A stretch of DNA of 64,000 nucleotides. It comes from an uncultured Verrucomicrobiae bacterium. GTDB lineage: Bacteria; Verrucomicrobiota; Verrucomicrobiia; Chthoniobacterales; JAFAMB01. This document shows, piece by piece, positions 60,473 through 64,000 of the stretch. The stretch is from positions 4,256,001 to 4,320,000 of the forward strand of contig CAWIPH010000002.1 of NCBI GenBank assembly GCA_963837955.1. The letters are read 5' to 3'. A program made the translations under genes and the position numbers. Under the pieces are notes generated by a model. The model had not been told where the DNA came from, ran no database searches, and saw only the letters and a list, made by a program, of their open reading frames with translations. Numbering within the stretch: position 1 is the first letter of the stretch; each line of letters opens with the position of its first letter.

Positions 60473-60596
60473 GCCGCGAATCGGGATGCCCGATTTTTCT
60501 CGATCCCATAGGACCCATAAGTCTTATGCGACCTAGGCCCCAAATGGAACGCCGCTGGACCTTGCCGTTGGCGCAAAATCCGGGTTAGTGTGGTTC

Positions 60597-61061
60597 ATGG
60601 TCAAGATAGAGATTGATTACCAGGGCCAGCTCCTAACTGCAGTCACTCACGCTCCATCTGGAACAAAATTTGCCACCGACGCTCCTCTCGATAACGGCGG
60701 CAGAGCCTCTTCATTTTCTCCAACTGACCTCGTTGCAGCCGCCCTCGGAAGTTGTATGGCGACAATCATGGGTATTTTCGCCGCGCGTCACGCGATCCCT
60801 CTGGAAAATACCAGAATCGAGGTGTTGAAAACGATGGTCCAACAGCCCATACGCAGAATCGGCGAGCTCAAGGTAGATATTTATTTACCTCTCGCGGCCA
60901 ATCATCCTCAACGGATTGGATTGGAAAACGCCGCGTTGACCTGTCCGGTCCACCAGAGTCTTCATCCGGACGTCAAGATTCCGGTGATCTTTCATTGGCT
61001 AGCCGAAAACAATCCCGAGTCAGTGCTCACGGCTGAATCGGTTAATGCATTGGGTAGGTGA
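60597..61061 (+). CDS. OsmC family protein
   Basis: FSPTDL.A.ALGSC...CPV. Confidence 0.9.
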   Translation: MVKIEIDYQGQLLTAVTHAPSGTKFATDAPLDNGGRASSFSPTDLVAAALGSCMATIMGIFAARHAIPLENTRIEVLKTMVQQPIRRIGELKVDIYLPLAANHPQRIGLENAALTCPVHQSLHPDVKIPVIFHWLAENNPESVLTAESVNALGR

Positions 61062-61471
61062 CCGGGCTGGTACGAAGGAGCACAAATGTTCAAACTCGAT
61101 AAGTTTGCGGCGTCAAAAGCTCCAGCCGGCCTTTCAGTCCCTTTGGTGAGCCGCACATCTGAGAATTCCTATCCGATGAGTGATTAGTGACAGCTGTTTC
61201 GCGTCGCTGAAAATAGGTCAGACGCCTGCTTCTATTTTTCCGAGCGCACCAATTGGTCCTTCGATTGGCGATCGGTTATCTAATCGCTTTCCCCTGGAAC
61301 AACGGCCGTCCTCAAAAACGACACAAAAAAGGCGCTTGAAACACCGCAAAACCTGCCGTAGCCGATACTGACTTCTTTTCGTTCGAGGTAATTGTCAGCA
61401 GTCTAGGCTCGTTGACGATGGAGTCCGGATTGGACTGCTTGCTCGAGGAGGCGTCCTGAAGAACTCACAAT

Positions 61472-61819
61472 ATGTCAGCTAAACTATACGTAGGAAATCT
61501 TTCCTTCGCTACGACTGAACTCGATCTGCAGGATCTGTTTGGCCAGGTTGGAACGGTCGTTGATGTCAAAATTATCCAGGACAAATTCACCGGAAAATCT
61601 CGGGGGTTTGGTTTTGTAACCATGGAATCGAATGAGCAAGCCACCGAAGCGATCGGCAAATTCAATGGCTACTCGCTCGATAATCGCCAGCTAACCGTGA
61701 ATGAGGCCCGTCCTCCAGAACCACGGCAGGACCGCTTTTACACTAACGAACCCTCTTCCCGCGGAGGTGGGGGCAAAGACAATCGACGCGGACGGGATCG
61801 CGATTTCCGCCGCCGCTAA
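61472..61819 (+). CDS. RRM RNA-binding protein
   Basis: RNP2 LYVGNL, RNP1 RGFGFVTM, VNEARP, Gly/Arg-rich tail. Confidence 0.94.
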   Translation: MSAKLYVGNLSFATTELDLQDLFGQVGTVVDVKIIQDKFTGKSRGFGFVTMESNEQATEAIGKFNGYSLDNRQLTVNEARPPEPRQDRFYTNEPSSRGGGGKDNRRGRDRDFRRR

Positions 61820-61880
61820 GATCCAGCCGACCCATTCATACTCTTCGTATAGCGTAGTCAATCAGAGACGAGCCGTCTGA

Positions 61881-62933
61881 CTAACCAGGCGGCTCCGCCG
61901 ATTTTGGCCTTTCGGATAGTCGTCTTAAAATTTCCCGAATAAGGCTGGGACCGCGATAAATGAGACCGGTGTAGATCTGCACCAGGTCGGCACCCGCGTC
62001 TAGCCGGCGGACCGCTTCGTCCGCGCTCATGATTCCGCCTACTGAAATGACGGGGAGCTTGGATCGCTGTTTGACGAACTCCAGGACTTCCACTGCTCGG
62101 CGCTGCAGCGGTGTTCCGCTTAAGCCTCCTTCCGTCCGCAATCGCTCAGGAATAGAGCTATGATCGATCGTTGTATTGGTTGCAATCACGCCCCCTAATT
62201 GATGTCGCTCGGCTATTTCCAGGACATCTTCGATTTGCTGCCAATCTAGGTCGGGAGCAATCTTGACCAATAGCGGTTTTCCATTTGCCTCAGCGTGGAC
62301 GACCGAAAACAGCTCCTCGATAGCCTCGCGGTGTTGCAATAGGCGCAAGCCAGGTGTGTTTGGCGAGCTCACGTTCAAGGCAAAATAATCGCCGAGATGC
62401 GATAGAGTGTGAAATGCTCGGCGGTAATCTTCCGCGGCGGCCTCCAACGGTGTAGTTTTCGATTTTCCCAGGTTTATTCCGATCGGAATGTTCGGCCAGC
62501 GCCCTCCCCTCTTTAGTGCCTCCAAACGCAACGCAATGCGTTCCGCTCCTTCGTTGTTGAATCCCAATCGATTTATTAATGCCTCGCTCTCCGGAATTCG
62601 GAATATTCGTGGCTTAGGATTTCCATCCTGCTGATGCGAAGTGATAGTGCCGACTTCGGCGAAGCCAAATCCCAATCCGGCCCACGCCGGTAAGGCTACC
62701 GCATTCTTATCCAATCCCGCTGCTAATCCGATTGGATTGGGGAAATGAAGACCAAAGAGATCCTTACCGGTACCCTGCTCCGCCCGGGTCGGGATAAAAC
62801 GCCAAACCCAGGGGGCCAGTGAAGAGAATTCAAGCAACCTGATCGCCAAATGATGTGCGGTCTCTGGATCGATCAGAAAGAGCAGAGGTCGCAATAAACG
62901 TTCGTAGATCAAGCCCATCCGAAACGTGGTCAT
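61881..62933 (-). CDS. pyrD: Quinone-dependent dihydroorotate dehydrogenase
   Basis: GLAAGLDKN, NRLGFNN, NVSSPNTPGLR, KIAPD, GGLSG; start 62933 or 62918. Confidence 0.95.
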   Translation of the reverse strand: MTTFRMGLIYERLLRPLLFLIDPETAHHLAIRLLEFSSLAPWVWRFIPTRAEQGTGKDLFGLHFPNPIGLAAGLDKNAVALPAWAGLGFGFAEVGTITSHQQDGNPKPRIFRIPESEALINRLGFNNEGAERIALRLEALKRGGRWPNIPIGINLGKSKTTPLEAAAEDYRRAFHTLSHLGDYFALNVSSPNTPGLRLLQHREAIEELFSVVHAEANGKPLLVKIAPDLDWQQIEDVLEIAERHQLGGVIATNTTIDHSSIPERLRTEGGLSGTPLQRRAVEVLEFVKQRSKLPVISVGGIMSADEAVRRLDAGADLVQIYTGLIYRGPSLIREILRRLSERPKSAEPPG

Positions 62934-64000
62934 TTTCCGATGCAGAATTCGCTAAAAATTTTCCCGAGCAAATCTTCGGTGTCATGCTTGCCGACAACAT
63001 CGCCGATTCCATCGAGCGCAGTACGCAAGTCGACCGCTAGAAGCTCAGGCAACTCATTGCGCGTAATCCCTTCAATTGATTTTCTCACCGCTTGATCAGC
63101 CTGCCGCAGACAAGCCTGATGGCGAGCGCTGATGGCAATATGGGAATCTTGCAGCACCAGATCCCCACCCATTACGCGTTTTTGAATTTCGTCCTCCAAT
63201 GCATCGCGGCCAAAGTCTGTCTTACAAGAGAATCGAATTCCCTCTTTCCAGTCGGAATGAAGCCCGAGATCGACCTTATTTAAGATCAGCAGCCGCTTCT
63301 TGTCTGATGGAATGTCCTCCGTTCGCGGTCGGCTTGCATCAACGATATGGAGGATAAGATCAGCTTGCTCCAACTCAATATGAGTGCGCCGAATGCCTTC
63401 TTGTTCTAATCGGTCGCGCGACTCGCGTGCTCCGGCGGTGTCGATCAGACGGACCGGAATGCCATGGAAGTTGATTGTATCTTCGATGGTGTCGCGAGTC
63501 GTACCGGCAATCTCGCTTACAATGGCGCGGTCATAACCAAGTAGCAGATTCAATAAACTTGATTTCCCCACGTTCGGTTCGCCGTAGATGACGGTCCGCA
63601 AGCCATGTCGCAAAATGCGCCCCTGCTCAGCCGTACCCAGTAAGCGCTGCAAGCGTGCCGCAATATCCTTCAACCGCTCGCTCAGTGCAGCGCCGGTGTC
63701 AGGGTCTATTTGTTCATCGGGAAAATCGATATAGGCCTCGACGTGTGCGAGCGTCGTCAAAAGTCCGTCTTGTAGTTGGTGAAGCTCCGACCCGAGACGA
63801 CCCGCAAGTTGCTCGTTCGCCGCGCGCAGAGCCAATTCGGTCTGGGCATGAATGAGATCCATCACCGCCTCGGCCTGCGTCAAATCCATCTTTCCGTTCA
63901 AGAAAGCGCGCTGAGTGAATTCTCCTGGTTCGGCCGACCTAGCGCCATGCCGCAATAACAGCGCCAGAATTTGACGCGTTACCAGAATCCCGCCGTGGCA
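62930..64000 (-). CDS. mnmE: tRNA modification GTPase, 5' end outside the window
   Basis: [31 protein letters not shown]-terminal FCIGK. Confidence 0.96.
   Translation of the reverse strand, partial: CHGGILVTRQILALLLRHGARSAEPGEFTQRAFLNGKMDLTQAEAVMDLIHAQTELALRAANEQLAGRLGSELHQLQDGLLTTLAHVEAYIDFPDEQIDPDTGAALSERLKDIAARLQRLLGTAEQGRILRHGLRTVIYGEPNVGKSSLLNLLLGYDRAIVSEIAGTTRDTIEDTINFHGIPVRLIDTAGARESRDRLEQEGIRRTHIELEQADLILHIVDASRPRTEDIPSDKKRLLILNKVDLGLHSDWKEGIRFSCKTDFGRDALEDEIQKRVMGGDLVLQDSHIAISARHQACLRQADQAVRKSIEGITRNELPELLAVDLRTALDGIGDVVGKHDTEDLLGKIFSEFCIGK

Noticed and set aside
62930..64000. oriC near mnmE
   Set aside because: No DnaA-box cluster or dnaA/dnaN seen in the window

Overview
Bacterial chromosomal window, most likely Verrucomicrobiota. 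This is inferred from a perfect TGTTC-N4-GAACA LexA-type box and the style of the intergenic palindromes. Most of it is housekeeping: bioA, accD-folC, tsaD, ctpA, tig-clpP-clpX, ispD, mtnP, cdsA-dxr-rseP-ispG, smc, serS, an RND pump, aat, guaA, coaD, yceD-rpmF-plsX-fabH, tatD, pyrD and a partial mnmE. The standout is a 4.5 kb plasmid-flavoured block right after folC (8092-12547). It holds a Rep_3-like initiator with an apparently shortened N-terminal domain, flanked on both sides by two divergent paralogues of an unrecognised protein family sharing a C-terminal RH-x2-VR-x-AV-x-NA-x2-NRWG motif. It also holds a small beta-rich protein and an intact lone VirD4/TraD-type coupling ATPase. I see no integrase, relaxase, iterons or att sites. 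Other notable items are an orphan ParA coupled to a helix-extension-helix-like partner, a LexA-type box before a radical SAM repair gene, several REP/REPIN-like repeat families (one tandemly amplifying a gene end and carrying a nested insertion), heptamer arrays, a dynamin-like gene where uppS usually sits, and a one-base frameshift in folC. No rRNA, tRNA or CRISPR array was recognised. All calls come from reading the sequence; no searches were run.
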